From positions 32,001 to 96,000 of IMG/VR virus record IMGVR_UViG_3300044701_003269: a stretch of 64,000 nucleotides of DNA. One strand, given 5' to 3'. Shown here one piece after another: positions 8,571-17,869 of this stretch; position 1 is the first letter of the stretch; each line of letters begins with the position of its first letter. The translations under genes were made by a program, and so were the position numbers. This DNA comes from a virus. The notes under the pieces were generated by a model, which was not told the DNA's origin, did no database searches, and saw only the letters and a list, made by a program, of their open reading frames with translations.

Positions 8571-8666
8571 CGTTCATCGGAGAAATCCGACGCAAGTAGG
8601 ACGGCGGAACGGTACGTTCATTCGCTATTCGCAAATAGCGAACGCAAACCGCCCGAAGGAACGGGG
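8571..8666 (+). ncRNA. double glutamine-riboswitch-like RNA (glnA / Downstream-peptide class)
   Basis: Two units of CGTTCA-[hairpin]-CGCAA...GGAACG; hairpins TCGGA-GAAA-TCCGA and TTCGCTATT-CGCA-AATAGCGAA; AGTA/GAA E-loop; GGACGG/CCGCCC pairing. Confidence 0.75.
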
Positions 8667-8697
8667 CCTAAAAATCTCATTCTGGAGGAAAATCCTA

Positions 8698-8835
8698 ATG
8701 GCTAAAGTAGTATACCGTGGCATCGAATATGATACCCAGAAGCGTCTGGAGTATCAACAGCAAATGATGCAGCAACCCCAACAGTACAACGAAACCTATC
8801 GTGGTGTTAAGTTCGTAAAGGAGGGACATAAGTGA
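8698..8835 (+). CDS. DUF4278-like small protein (45 aa, two YRG motifs)
   Basis: MAKVVYRGIEYDTQKRLEYQQQMMQQPQQYNETYRGVKFVKEGHK; GGAGG RBS; below the ORF-track cutoff. Confidence 0.8.
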   Translation: MAKVVYRGIEYDTQKRLEYQQQMMQQPQQYNETYRGVKFVKEGHK

Positions 8836-8933
8836 TGCAAAAACTCAACGTACTTCAACTCATTAAAGAGCAAAAGCAAAAAGAGCAACGTCGTCACCAG
8901 GCACTGCTTGCAAACGCAGGAGCAGGAAAGTGA
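8835..8933 (+). CDS. 32-aa basic helical peptide
   Basis: MQKLNVLQLIKEQKQKEQRRHQALLANAGAGK; TGATG-coupled; GGAGG upstream. Confidence 0.65.
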   Translation: MQKLNVLQLIKEQKQKEQRRHQALLANAGAGK

Positions 8934-9016
8934 TTGCTACCATTGCAGCTATTGCAGGTGCATCAACAGCATTCATTTATCTAATTTATTTTGAAGTTCT
9001 ATTGCTAAACAAGTAA
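8930..9016 (+). CDS. 28-aa single-TM peptide
   Basis: GTG start overlapping previous stop (GTGA); MIATIAAIAGASTAFIYLIYFEVLLLNK. Confidence 0.55.
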   Translation: MIATIAAIAGASTAFIYLIYFEVLLLNK

Positions 9017-9174
9017 TGGATAATTACCATTACCACTATGATGATGCGGACAAGGACAGTAGAGGTCCTGCTTGTTATCTTCTAACATATCGAGGATGTC
9101 GCTATTGGTCTTGTTATCGCATTCATCTAGTGCAATGGTTTGAAAAAGTTTTTAAATACGACAGGGAGGATTGA
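9016..9174 (+). CDS. 52-aa protein with LTYRG motif
   Basis: TAATG-coupled; MDNYHYHYDDADKDSRGPACYLLTYRGCRYWSCY... Confidence 0.6.
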   Translation: MDNYHYHYDDADKDSRGPACYLLTYRGCRYWSCYRIHLVQWFEKVFKYDRED

Positions 9175-9199
9175 CACCTCCCTTTTTTTTGTCTATAAT
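9163..9199 (+). terminator. terminator hairpin with embedded consensus sigma70 promoter
   Basis: AGGGAGG-attgaca-CCTCCCT + T-run; TTGACA(9171)-17 bp-TATAAT(9194). Confidence 0.8.
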
Positions 9200-9222
9200 T
9201 AGCTTTGTCAGCGTTCATATGA

Positions 9223-9408
9223 ATGAATAGAGAAAAGCTTAAGTTGATTGTAAGAAATCTTGAGTCTTTGGTAGAATGTCTTAAAGAAGAAATTAATTCT
9301 GATATCGATACTGATATTAAAGACCCATATTACGAAGAAATTAAAACCTACTTAACTGATTACGACGAAGTGTTTTATGACGGAGATGAAGAAGACTATG
9401 CAAGATAA
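9223..9408 (+). CDS. hypothetical cyanophage protein
   Basis: [14 protein letters not shown]...DYDEVF. Confidence 0.7.
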   Translation: MNREKLKLIVRNLESLVECLKEEINSDIDTDIKDPYYEEIKTYLTDYDEVFYDGDEEDYAR

Positions 9409-10090
9409 TCAAGTCAAATTGATTAGTGTTACACCAGATGCAGAGAAGCATATGGCTTACTGTGCTCGTGTAAGTAATCCTGCTAACCAAGAGAATGAAA
9501 AGTTCTCTGGTTTGTTGAAGTATTGTATTCAACATCAGCATTGGAGTATCTTTGAACAAGCTTCAATGACTGTAGAGATTAATACCACTCGTGGTATCGC
9601 AGCACAAATTCTTCGTCACAGATCATTTACATATCAAGAATTTTCACAACGGTATGCAGATAGTTCCCTTCTAGGAGATACTATTCCTCTTCCAGAACTT
9701 CGTCGTCAGGACACTAAGAACCGTCAGAATAGTATTGATGATGTTGATCCTTATACTATTCAGAAGTATCAGATTCTAATGCAGCATCATTTTGGTGAAG
9801 CAATGAAACTCTATCAGGATATGCTTGATGCTGGAATTGCCAAGGAGTGTGCTAGGTTTGTATTGCCCTTAGCGACCCCTACACGCCTCTATATGACTGG
9901 CTCAGTAAGGTCTTGGATACATTATATTGATTTGCGATCGGGTCACGGTACACAGAAGGAACATATGGATATTGCAAACGCAGTGAAGTGTATCTTTACC
10001 TGTCAGTTCCCTGCAGTATCTGAAGCACTTGGTTGGAACCGTAATGGGTGTTCTGATTGTGTTGATCCACCATCTGTTATTATTGAATAA
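9398..10090 (+). CDS. thyX: flavin-dependent thymidylate synthase
   Basis: HWSIFEQ and ThyX signature [14 protein letters not shown]; ARFVLP. Confidence 0.95.
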   Translation: MQDNQVKLISVTPDAEKHMAYCARVSNPANQENEKFSGLLKYCIQHQHWSIFEQASMTVEINTTRGIAAQILRHRSFTYQEFSQRYADSSLLGDTIPLPELRRQDTKNRQNSIDDVDPYTIQKYQILMQHHFGEAMKLYQDMLDAGIAKECARFVLPLATPTRLYMTGSVRSWIHYIDLRSGHGTQKEHMDIANAVKCIFTCQFPAVSEALGWNRNGCSDCVDPPSVIIE

Positions 10091-10119
10091 ATATCTGCAT
10101 ATAAAATGGAGGTCTAATA

Positions 10120-10368
10120 TTGGCAACTTACCCTGTTATTAACAAAGTCACAGGAGAACAAAAAGAAGTTGTTCTCAGTGTTCACGATTGGGATAAATGG
10201 AAAGTAGAAAATCCTGATTGGGATAGGGATTGGTCTGATCCAAGCACTTGTCCGTCTTCTGGTGAGATTGGAGAAGTCTATGATCGACTTAAAAAATCTC
10301 ATCCCGGATGGAATGATGTTCTTCACAAAGCATCAAAAGCACCTGGATCAAAAGTAAAACCAATCTGA
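10120..10368 (+). CDS. hypothetical phage protein
   Basis: TTG start after GGAGG; sits immediately upstream of phoH. Confidence 0.75.
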   Translation: MATYPVINKVTGEQKEVVLSVHDWDKWKVENPDWDRDWSDPSTCPSSGEIGEVYDRLKKSHPGWNDVLHKASKAPGSKVKPI

Positions 10369-10375
10369 ACTAAAC

Positions 10376-11131
10376 ATGCCCGCAAAAAGAAATTCCCCTA
10401 AGTCTCCAGTACCTTTTGGAATGAGTAATAAGCAAATGAAAAGGAAAAAGCCAATCAACACTGATTTAATGAGGAAGATTGAGCCTCTTACTGACAATCA
10501 AGAGGAACTCTTCCGTTGTTACAAACTAGACCAAAACCTTGTAGCCTATGGATGTGCTGGTACTGGTAAGACTTTTATCACTCTTTATAATGCTTTAAGA
10601 GATGTACTTGACGAGAGAACCCCTTACGAAAAAATTTATATTGTACGTTCCCTTGTGGCAACTAGGGAGATTGGTTTTCTTCCGGGCGATCATGAGGATA
10701 AATCCTCTCTTTATCAGATTCCATATAAGAATATGGTAAAGTATATGTTTGAGATGCCATCAGAAACAGATTTTGAAATGCTTTACGGTAATCTCAAAAC
10801 ACAAGGAACTATTAGTTTCTGGAGTACTTCTTTTATTCGTGGAACTACCCTTGACAATGCAATCATCATTGTAGATGAATTTCAAAACTTGAATTATCAC
10901 GAACTTGATAGTATAATTACTCGTGTAGGTGAGAATAGTAAGATTATGTTCTGTGGTGATGCCACTCAATCTGACCTTATTAAGACGAATGAAAAGAATG
11001 GAATTGTTGATTTCATGAAAGTTCTTCGTATCATGCCTTCAGTTGATATTGTTGAATTTGGAGTAGAAGATATTGTTCGCTCTGGATTGGTGAAAGAATA
11101 CATCTTGGCAAAAATGGAAATCGGAGTATGA
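10376..11131 (+). CDS. phoH: PhoH-like ATPase
   Basis: GCAGTGKT Walker A, IGFLPGD, IRGTTL, DEFQN, GDATQSD, DIVRSG. Confidence 0.95.
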   Translation: MPAKRNSPKSPVPFGMSNKQMKRKKPINTDLMRKIEPLTDNQEELFRCYKLDQNLVAYGCAGTGKTFITLYNALRDVLDERTPYEKIYIVRSLVATREIGFLPGDHEDKSSLYQIPYKNMVKYMFEMPSETDFEMLYGNLKTQGTISFWSTSFIRGTTLDNAIIIVDEFQNLNYHELDSIITRVGENSKIMFCGDATQSDLIKTNEKNGIVDFMKVLRIMPSVDIVEFGVEDIVRSGLVKEYILAKMEIGV

Positions 11132-11808
11132 GTTTTATTCATCATAATTATTTGGGTGATATTGAATTAGATTGCAAAACAACAGAAAGCATCCGTCTCT
11201 ATAATCTTCCTAATGGAGACTGGGTGCCTTCTATTACATCTGTCACTTCTTTTTATAATCGACAAGTATTTGTTGATTGGAGGAAGCGTGTAGGTATTGA
11301 AGAAGCAAATCGTATTACAAAAAAGGCAACAGCAAGGGGAACGGATTTTCACCAAGTATGTCAGGACTATCTTGAAAACAAGGAGTTGAATTGGGATGAT
11401 TATCAACTCTTGACAAAACATATGTTTTTTCATGCAAAGCCATATTTGGATAAGATAAATAATATTCACGCAATCGAGAGAACTCTTTACTCAGAATATC
11501 TTGGACTTGCGGGAAGAGTAGACTGTATCGCAGAGTATGAAGGAGAACTTGCAGTTATTGACTTCAAGACTTCTGAAAAAATTAAACCAGAAAAGTGGAT
11601 TGAAAATTATTTCGTGCAAGAAACTTTTTATGCAGCTGCATATTATGAACTCACTGGACAAGTAGTTAAAAAACTTATTACACTGATGGTTACTCCTGGA
11701 GGAGAAGTCCAAGTATTTGACAAAAGAAACAAAGGGGATTATATTAAACTATTAGTTCGTTATATTAAAGAATTTGTACATCACAATACTGGGTCAGATG
11801 GAGAATGA
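11128..11808 (+). CDS. PD-(D/E)XK exonuclease
   Basis: PSITSV, RGTDFH, GRVDC, IDFKTS, YFVQ..AY. Confidence 0.88.
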   Translation: MSFIHHNYLGDIELDCKTTESIRLYNLPNGDWVPSITSVTSFYNRQVFVDWRKRVGIEEANRITKKATARGTDFHQVCQDYLENKELNWDDYQLLTKHMFFHAKPYLDKINNIHAIERTLYSEYLGLAGRVDCIAEYEGELAVIDFKTSEKIKPEKWIENYFVQETFYAAAYYELTGQVVKKLITLMVTPGGEVQVFDKRNKGDYIKLLVRYIKEFVHHNTGSDGE

Positions 11809-12055
11809 ATTAGAAAAAGCATTAGAAAGTAAGTTCTTTTGTCCATCAAGGTTCGCACAAGAGATTGAAAACCTTGTGCAAATTAATCCAGAAATGAACT
11901 ATATTGATGCTATCGTTCATTTCTGCGAGCAAAATAATATTGATTTAGAATCAGTTCCTAAACTTATTTCTAAACCATTGAAGGAAAAGATTAAGTATGA
12001 AGCAATGGAACTTAACTTTCTAAAGAAAACTTCCCGCGCAAAATTAGTTTTTTGA
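11798..12055 (+). CDS. gp33: late-promoter transcription coactivator
   Basis: YIDAIVHFCE, KLISKPLKEKIKYEA; T4-like gp33-gp59-gp32 order. Confidence 0.88.
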   Translation: MENELEKALESKFFCPSRFAQEIENLVQINPEMNYIDAIVHFCEQNNIDLESVPKLISKPLKEKIKYEAMELNFLKKTSRAKLVF

Positions 12056-12652
12056 ATGATGCCTGTTGATGCTTATCGTTGTTATCTGTCTTTAAAGAAT
12101 CACTTTACTAAAGACAGTTATGATTATCACAAATACTGTGGTAAAAGTCGTGCTACCGTACAATCTTTCTACAAACGTAAAGATAGATTTTGGTTCGAGA
12201 AAGTATCAAGACAAAAGACAGATCAAGAAATTGTTGAATTTTTCGTATCAAATTTTGTTGCATGTACTGATCCCAGTAAATTGTGGATTGGTGAGATGAT
12301 GCGTGATGGTGAAGATAGATATGAATCTTGGAAAAAGAGAAACCAGTCTCTTTCTTATGTTTTCAAAGAAGAAACTCAAAGTTTATTTGAAGACCAAAAA
12401 GTAGATGAGGTTTTTGATTGTTCTAAAGGTCATCCACCCATTCTTAAAAATTTCCTGAGCGGGAAGATTAGCCCTGAAACTATGGTGATTTATGATAAGA
12501 TTTTCCTGTTCGGGAAAGATTTTGATAGGAAACTTCAAGACCCTGTGTGGGAAACCGTCAGTCGTAGACTTAAAAAATATTCTTCATTTCTAAATATTGA
12601 TGTACCACGTTATAAGAATATTTTGAAAGAAATTATTCTGAAGGGAAAATGA
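12056..12652 (+). CDS. gp59: helicase loader
   Basis: YLSLKNHF, YDYHKY, FYKRKDRFWFEK. Confidence 0.9.
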   Translation: MMPVDAYRCYLSLKNHFTKDSYDYHKYCGKSRATVQSFYKRKDRFWFEKVSRQKTDQEIVEFFVSNFVACTDPSKLWIGEMMRDGEDRYESWKKRNQSLSYVFKEETQSLFEDQKVDEVFDCSKGHPPILKNFLSGKISPETMVIYDKIFLFGKDFDRKLQDPVWETVSRRLKKYSSFLNIDVPRYKNILKEIILKGK

Positions 12653-12993
12653 GTTTCTTTAATTCTGAAGTTGTCCGTGCAGAGATGACTGAAATCAGTG
12701 AACTACAGGAAGAGGTTTATCAAAACGTCTTCAAGTTTCCTTCAATGTCAAAGGAAGAAAAACTACATCATGTAAATATTCTAGAAAAACTTCTTGATAA
12801 ACAAAAAGTTCTTTATACTCGTTTGAGTCTATCTGATGACCCAGAAGCGATTCAAATGAAAGAACGTATTACAGAGTCTGCATCAATGATGGGCCTTCCT
12901 CCCAACGTTGATATGAATGTCATCTTTAACAATATGTCTCAGATGCTAGATGTCATGAAGCAGCAGATTGACAAGACAGGTTCCGACCTGTAG
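12649..12993 (+). CDS. DUF1825-like protein
   Basis: MSFFNSEVVR, YTRLSLSDDPEA. Confidence 0.75.
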   Translation: MSFFNSEVVRAEMTEISELQEEVYQNVFKFPSMSKEEKLHHVNILEKLLDKQKVLYTRLSLSDDPEAIQMKERITESASMMGLPPNVDMNVIFNNMSQMLDVMKQQIDKTGSDL

Positions 12994-12996
12994 AAT
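12968..12996 (+). promoter_or_regulatory. sigma70-type promoter for gp32
   Basis: TTGACA-17 bp-TAGAAT. Confidence 0.75.
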
Positions 12997-13042
12997 AACA
13001 AGGTACACAAAGGCCAAATCCTTACAAATACGAGGTAATCTA

Positions 13043-13957
13043 ATGTCTTTTTCTGATCTCAAAAAGCAATCTTCTCTTGGTTCGTTGACTTCCAAACTGG
13101 TAAAGGAAGTAGAGAAGATGAGCAATACTTCTGGTGGCGCTGATGAGCGTCTCTGGAAACCTGAAATGGATAAAACTGGTAATGGTTTCGCAGTTATCCG
13201 TTTCCTCCCTGCACCTGAGGGAGAAGAACTTCCCTGGGCGAAACTCTATACTCATGCCTTCCAAGGTCCTGGTGGTTGGTATATTGAAAACTCTCTGACT
13301 ACAGTTGGTCAGAAAGATCCTGTATCCGAGCACAACCGTGAACTCTGGAACAGTGGTAGTGATGCTGACAAAGAAACTGTTCGTAAGCAGAAGCGTAAGC
13401 TGTCTTATTACTCTAACATCTATGTTGTAAAGGATCCTGCTAATCCTGCAAACGAAGGTAAAGTCTTCCTATTCAAGTATGGTAAGAAGATCTTTGATAA
13501 GATTATGGAAGCAATGCAACCTGAGTTTGAGGATGAAACTCCTATCAATCCTTTTGACTTCTGGCAAGGTGCTAACTTCAAACTCAAAATCGTAAAGAAA
13601 GATGGGTATTGGAACTATGACAAGTCAGAGTTTGACCGAGTTGCACCACTGCTGGATGATGATGATGCTCTTGAAGCCGTCTGGAAGAAAGAGTATTCTC
13701 TCGCAGCAGTAACTGCTCCAGACCAGTTCAAGTCTTATGAAGATCTTGAGAAGCGTCTCAAGTATGTTCTAGGTCAAAAGTCTGCTAATCGTCCTCGTCT
13801 GGATGAAGAGGTAGATAATGAAGATAATGATCGTGGTAGTTATACTCCCGACTTTACTTCACGTCGTCCCGAACCAGAACTTCCTGTTGTAAGTTCTTCT
13901 AATGATGAAGACGAAGATGATGCACTCTCATACTTCCAGCGTCTTGCTGAAGAATGA
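13043..13957 (+). CDS. gp32: single-stranded DNA-binding protein
   Basis: DERLWKP, AVIRFLP, WYIENS, GANFKLK, acidic tail; GAGG RBS before ATG 13043. Confidence 0.95.
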   Translation: MSFSDLKKQSSLGSLTSKLVKEVEKMSNTSGGADERLWKPEMDKTGNGFAVIRFLPAPEGEELPWAKLYTHAFQGPGGWYIENSLTTVGQKDPVSEHNRELWNSGSDADKETVRKQKRKLSYYSNIYVVKDPANPANEGKVFLFKYGKKIFDKIMEAMQPEFEDETPINPFDFWQGANFKLKIVKKDGYWNYDKSEFDRVAPLLDDDDALEAVWKKEYSLAAVTAPDQFKSYEDLEKRLKYVLGQKSANRPRLDEEVDNEDNDRGSYTPDFTSRRPEPELPVVSSSNDEDEDDALSYFQRLAEE

Positions 13958-14626
13958 TTAGTGGAATAATCTAATATTTTCTCCTCTCTTCAAGGTGTCG
14001 CTTACATACTGAGCGCCACCTTTTTTGTATTTAAAGATAGATTCTAAGTCTCTGAATACAACAGTTAAGTATTGTGGTTTAAGGACAAAAATATTTCTCT
14101 TATCGTCTTCAAGTTTTTGTTCGTATTGATAGTTGGTAACTTCTCTTGTGATATTTGATGCTGTTACTTTTCTTTCTAGTCCATCATCAAAATAACTTGT
14201 AGAAAAATCAGAATCAACTATAAGACCTTCTGGAATAATTACAATTCCATTTGAATTCTTTACTTCAACTGTTTCATAATGTTTGGTTGCATTGATTTTT
14301 TGGAATGTTCCATACTTCTCAAACAAATAATTTTCAAATGAATCTTGAGTTAATGGCCATTCTGTTTGGATATTTAAAATATTATTTGAAAGTAAAATAA
14401 CCCAATCTAAAGTTGGATCATCATAAAGTTTAAAAGCAACATTGTCAGGTCTTTCATCTCCAATTATTTTATATTTTTCAAAGAACTGTAGATTATTAAA
14501 AATGTCCTCTCTTATCTTTCCTCTTTTGAAAAGATTTTTGACAGTCTGATAATCAGATATTCTCTGACTATCTTTATTCCTATTAACGTAATCGAAGTCT
14601 GGAACTCTGCGGAAGTAATTTGACAT
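13958..14626 (-). CDS. gp53: baseplate wedge subunit
   Basis: ERPDNVA..LY, WVILL.N, EWPL, HYET motifs. Confidence 0.85.
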   Translation of the reverse strand: MSNYFRRVPDFDYVNRNKDSQRISDYQTVKNLFKRGKIREDIFNNLQFFEKYKIIGDERPDNVAFKLYDDPTLDWVILLSNNILNIQTEWPLTQDSFENYLFEKYGTFQKINATKHYETVEVKNSNGIVIIPEGLIVDSDFSTSYFDDGLERKVTASNITREVTNYQYEQKLEDDKRNIFVLKPQYLTVVFRDLESIFKYKKGGAQYVSDTLKRGENIRLFH

Positions 14627-14627
14627 A

Positions 14628-16010
14628 TTAGTAACCTATAGGATGACCATCTGCATAAAGATCATTGTATAGTGGATCAAGTTCGCCAAATCTTAATGTT
14701 AATTGATATGATGTCATTGTCTTTTCTTTATCATTAAATGTCATATAACTTCCATCTGGAGTATAGTCAATATCGCATCCAAGAAGAGCACAATCTTTTA
14801 TTCTATTTAATGACTTATGTTGTGAACTTGGACCTGAGCAGTATTTAATTGAAAAAACATAAGGTGCCTTTAAGAATACTCCAGATTCTGCTGTTCTTAC
14901 TGCCATCCCTGCTTTGAAAAAATAAATTATATCTTTTACAATTTTTGCTTCTCCTTCACTTCTTGGAGATAAACGAAATGTAAAATTAAAGGACCTTAAT
15001 GTTGGACCATTAAATAACAACTCTAGATTTGGATTTAGAATAGCTCCTGTTGCTCTAGAAAACAGTCCCTGGGCCCCAACTGCTTCTTGTGCAAGGTAAA
15101 GATTTATAGCTTGTTTATAATCTTCATAATTTCTTTTAAATTGATTGGCAGCAAGTTTAAATTGTTCTGTTATAGCCTGTGTCACTTGCCCTTCAGATTC
15201 TGCGATTGCTAAAGATGCTCTTCCTGCAAAAGCTGAAAGAGGGTCTAATGTAGAACCGCCCCAATCAACCCCATTACTGTCTGATATTGAAGGTTGTATT
15301 GGTAATACAACTCTTCCAAATTCATCAGAGAGTGCTTTAGTTCCAAAACTGAAATTTGTATCTTTTCTATTTGTTCCTGAAAAATCTCTTCCTGTTATTT
15401 CTTTTAGTCTGAATAGAATACTATCTTGCGTCTTCTCATCTAATTTTTCTGGATATCTTACATCAATTGCAGCGAGTCTACTTCTTACTGTTCCTTCAGA
15501 TTTTCCAGATTTAATTGTCCCACCAAGCTTTTCAATTGTTTCATTCTCAGTAGATAGTGGTACAGATGCCGGTTCTGAATCTGGACCAGTACCTGCTGCT
15601 GGTCCTGGTGTTCCCCCAGGAGTAGCAGTATTTGGGAATATTAATTGTCTTGCTTGTTGCTGCGGCACTCCTGCCTTTTCCACAATCTGTACAGCTTGAT
15701 TTTTTGTACTTGATTGGCCAACAACGCTTGAAAAATATAATCTTTCTTCTGGTGTGGCAAGGGAGTTTGGGTTAAATGATCCATCTTTTGCATATGTTCC
15801 TACTGTTACATCTACACTTTCTCCAGAAAGACCTACTGATGCAGCAGCATCTCCTTGCACTGTTGGCCTTTTTACTGTAATAGTTCCATCATCATCTATT
15901 AATGGATAATATTGTTTATTATTGAGTTTTGATTCAGTTTCTACTCCATTTAAAAGAAATTTTTCGGGAGGCCTAAATCTTTTATTTGTACTTCTAGAAC
16001 CAAATGACAT
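14628..16010 (-). CDS. gp48: baseplate tail-tube cap
   Basis: NPNLELLFNGPTLRSFNFTFRLSPRS, YTPDG, L.FGEL in C-terminal half. Confidence 0.8.
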   Translation of the reverse strand: MSFGSRSTNKRFRPPEKFLLNGVETESKLNNKQYYPLIDDDGTITVKRPTVQGDAAASVGLSGESVDVTVGTYAKDGSFNPNSLATPEERLYFSSVVGQSSTKNQAVQIVEKAGVPQQQARQLIFPNTATPGGTPGPAAGTGPDSEPASVPLSTENETIEKLGGTIKSGKSEGTVRSRLAAIDVRYPEKLDEKTQDSILFRLKEITGRDFSGTNRKDTNFSFGTKALSDEFGRVVLPIQPSISDSNGVDWGGSTLDPLSAFAGRASLAIAESEGQVTQAITEQFKLAANQFKRNYEDYKQAINLYLAQEAVGAQGLFSRATGAILNPNLELLFNGPTLRSFNFTFRLSPRSEGEAKIVKDIIYFFKAGMAVRTAESGVFLKAPYVFSIKYCSGPSSQHKSLNRIKDCALLGCDIDYTPDGSYMTFNDKEKTMTSYQLTLRFGELDPLYNDLYADGHPIGY

Positions 16011-16089
16011 CAGATATCCCCCTCAAATGCAAGAGGACTATTCATCTCAATTTTTTGTAGAGTATGAGACATTTATACTGGTTTTTTAT

Positions 16090-16476
16090 TTATTTAGTCC
16101 TGAATTTTGCATATTGAAGTGAACGGAGATATTCAATCTCATTCGGTTTAATCTCTAATAATTTACTATTTACTTCAATCCAGGTATAATTTCTAGGTTC
16201 TCCCCAATGAAAATTAATTCCTTTAAATCCCCATCTTTCAATATCAGTCACTGCAACAAGAGGGAATTCATCATAAGTAACTCCCTTAGTCTTAGCTGAA
16301 TAGATGAATGTATAATACTTTCCCACATCAGGAATAAATTCACCTTCTCGAAAGACTTCCATTATTGTCAGCATTATATCATCTGGGTCAGTGTATCCAG
16401 TTGATATTAATTTTTCCCTGAGAGTATTAACTCTCCTTGATCCAGATTCAATATATTGTCCGAACCCTTCTGCCAT
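16090..16476 (-). CDS. gp2: DNA end-protector-like protein
   Basis: GKYYTFIY.AK, YDEFPLV, FKGINFH; adjacent to gp4. Confidence 0.6.
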   Translation of the reverse strand: MAEGFGQYIESGSRRVNTLREKLISTGYTDPDDIMLTIMEVFREGEFIPDVGKYYTFIYSAKTKGVTYDEFPLVAVTDIERWGFKGINFHWGEPRNYTWIEVNSKLLEIKPNEIEYLRSLQYAKFRTK

Positions 16477-16919
16477 TATTTTATACCTAGATTGTCTTCG
16501 GTGATGACTTTGAATTCGATTAATCTATCAGCACAAAACTCTTTTGCTGCTTTCCACTTTGCTTGATTGACTGCATAAGTTTTGCACTCATACAAGTAAG
16601 ATTTAGTCACTCTCGATTTTTTCTGTGGTGGAACAGTTTGTCTCTTTGGTTTCACTTCAATCACATATGTTTTAATTTCTCCAGTTTGTTCTCTTACCTT
16701 TATAATAAAGTCTGGAAAATACTTATGAACTCTATTATCAACTGGTGATATGTATGGGATATAAAATTCTTCAGAACCCCAAGAAATTATATTTTCACTT
16801 AAATCACACCAACGACAAAACTTCCGCTCCCAACTACTTCTGCATATAATATTGTTGGGATTTCCTTTGTATTTTTGTGGGTACTCTGGTTTGTACTTAC
16901 TTTTAATACTTTCTGCCAT
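16476..16919 (-). CDS. gp4: head completion nuclease
   Basis: KYKGNP, RSSWE, WGSEE, YFPDF, IEVKP, NQAKW; exact TATAAATA on the minus strand at 16950-16957. Confidence 0.9.
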   Translation of the reverse strand: MAESIKSKYKPEYPQKYKGNPNNIICRSSWERKFCRWCDLSENIISWGSEEFYIPYISPVDNRVHKYFPDFIIKVREQTGEIKTYVIEVKPKRQTVPPQKKSRVTKSYLYECKTYAVNQAKWKAAKEFCADRLIEFKVITEDNLGIK

Positions 16920-16962
16920 TATCCCGACTACATAATATATCAATAGAAATATTTATAGATAG

Positions 16963-17832
16963 ATGGCATCTGTCAGTTCCTCAAATAAAACACCAAGTCG
17001 TAATCCAACGACGGAACTGAAATCAAAGTTATTAATGCGTCCAGCATTAACTTCTCATTATGCAGTTTACATAGATCCTACAGTAATTCAAAGTAAGACT
17101 AGTGGACCGAATGGAGGTACTAAGGCAGCATCATTTTTCACATCCCGTCAAGCAAATATTGATGGAGAAACTTTGACATTAGCTTGCTCTGAAGCATCTC
17201 TTCCAGGATCCTCTTTTGCAACTCATGAAGCTAATAATGACTTTACCGGTGTGACCGAAAGACATGTGTATAGAAGACAATATGATGATAGAATTGATTT
17301 TACTTTCTATGTCGATCACGATTTAACAATTATAAAATTCTTCGAAACTTGGATGTCTTGGATTGTTGGGGAAGATCAATTTCAAAACCAATCTAACCCT
17401 AATTTTTCTTATAGAGTTAAATTTCCTGACGAATATAGAACTGACGTTTACATTCAAAAATTTGAAAAAGATTTTACAAATGCTACTGAATATGCCTTTA
17501 TTGGTGCGTATCCAACGTCAATTACATCTATGCCAGTTTCATATGATTCTTCTCAACTTTTAAAATGTACTGTTTCTATGAGTTATATTAGATACTTTAT
17601 GAATAATTCTGTAGCTCTTTCTCAGTTTGGTGTTGATAATACTGGTCAATTTGGACAAACTGGATCGGATTTAAATAAAAATCCTTTTAATTCTCCAATT
17701 CCCGGATTTACTTTAGGTCAAGGAATTCTGGATGATATTTCATTTGAAAATGCATTTAGACAAACGCCAACACAACCAACACAAGGACCAATAAGAATAC
17801 CGGTTATTCCTCGTCCCGAACCTTTATTTTAA
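16963..17832 (+). CDS. tail tube-like / baseplate tube initiator (gp19/gp54 fold)
   Basis: CSEASLPG, FTFYVD, FFETWM, AYP.SI motifs; position upstream of gp26. Confidence 0.7.
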   Translation: MASVSSSNKTPSRNPTTELKSKLLMRPALTSHYAVYIDPTVIQSKTSGPNGGTKAASFFTSRQANIDGETLTLACSEASLPGSSFATHEANNDFTGVTERHVYRRQYDDRIDFTFYVDHDLTIIKFFETWMSWIVGEDQFQNQSNPNFSYRVKFPDEYRTDVYIQKFEKDFTNATEYAFIGAYPTSITSMPVSYDSSQLLKCTVSMSYIRYFMNNSVALSQFGVDNTGQFGQTGSDLNKNPFNSPIPGFTLGQGILDDISFENAFRQTPTQPTQGPIRIPVIPRPEPLF

Positions 17833-17869
17833 TTGATAAATAATCACACTGAAACTTCTATAGGACATT

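Noticed and set aside
12968-13042. N-terminal extensions in the ORF track (gp32, and likewise 3784, 4721, 5301, 8276, 9377, 11774, 28047, 32846, 57660)
   Set aside because: They rely on upstream or non-ATG starts overlapping previous genes; downstream ATGs with RBS or stop-start coupling fit better.
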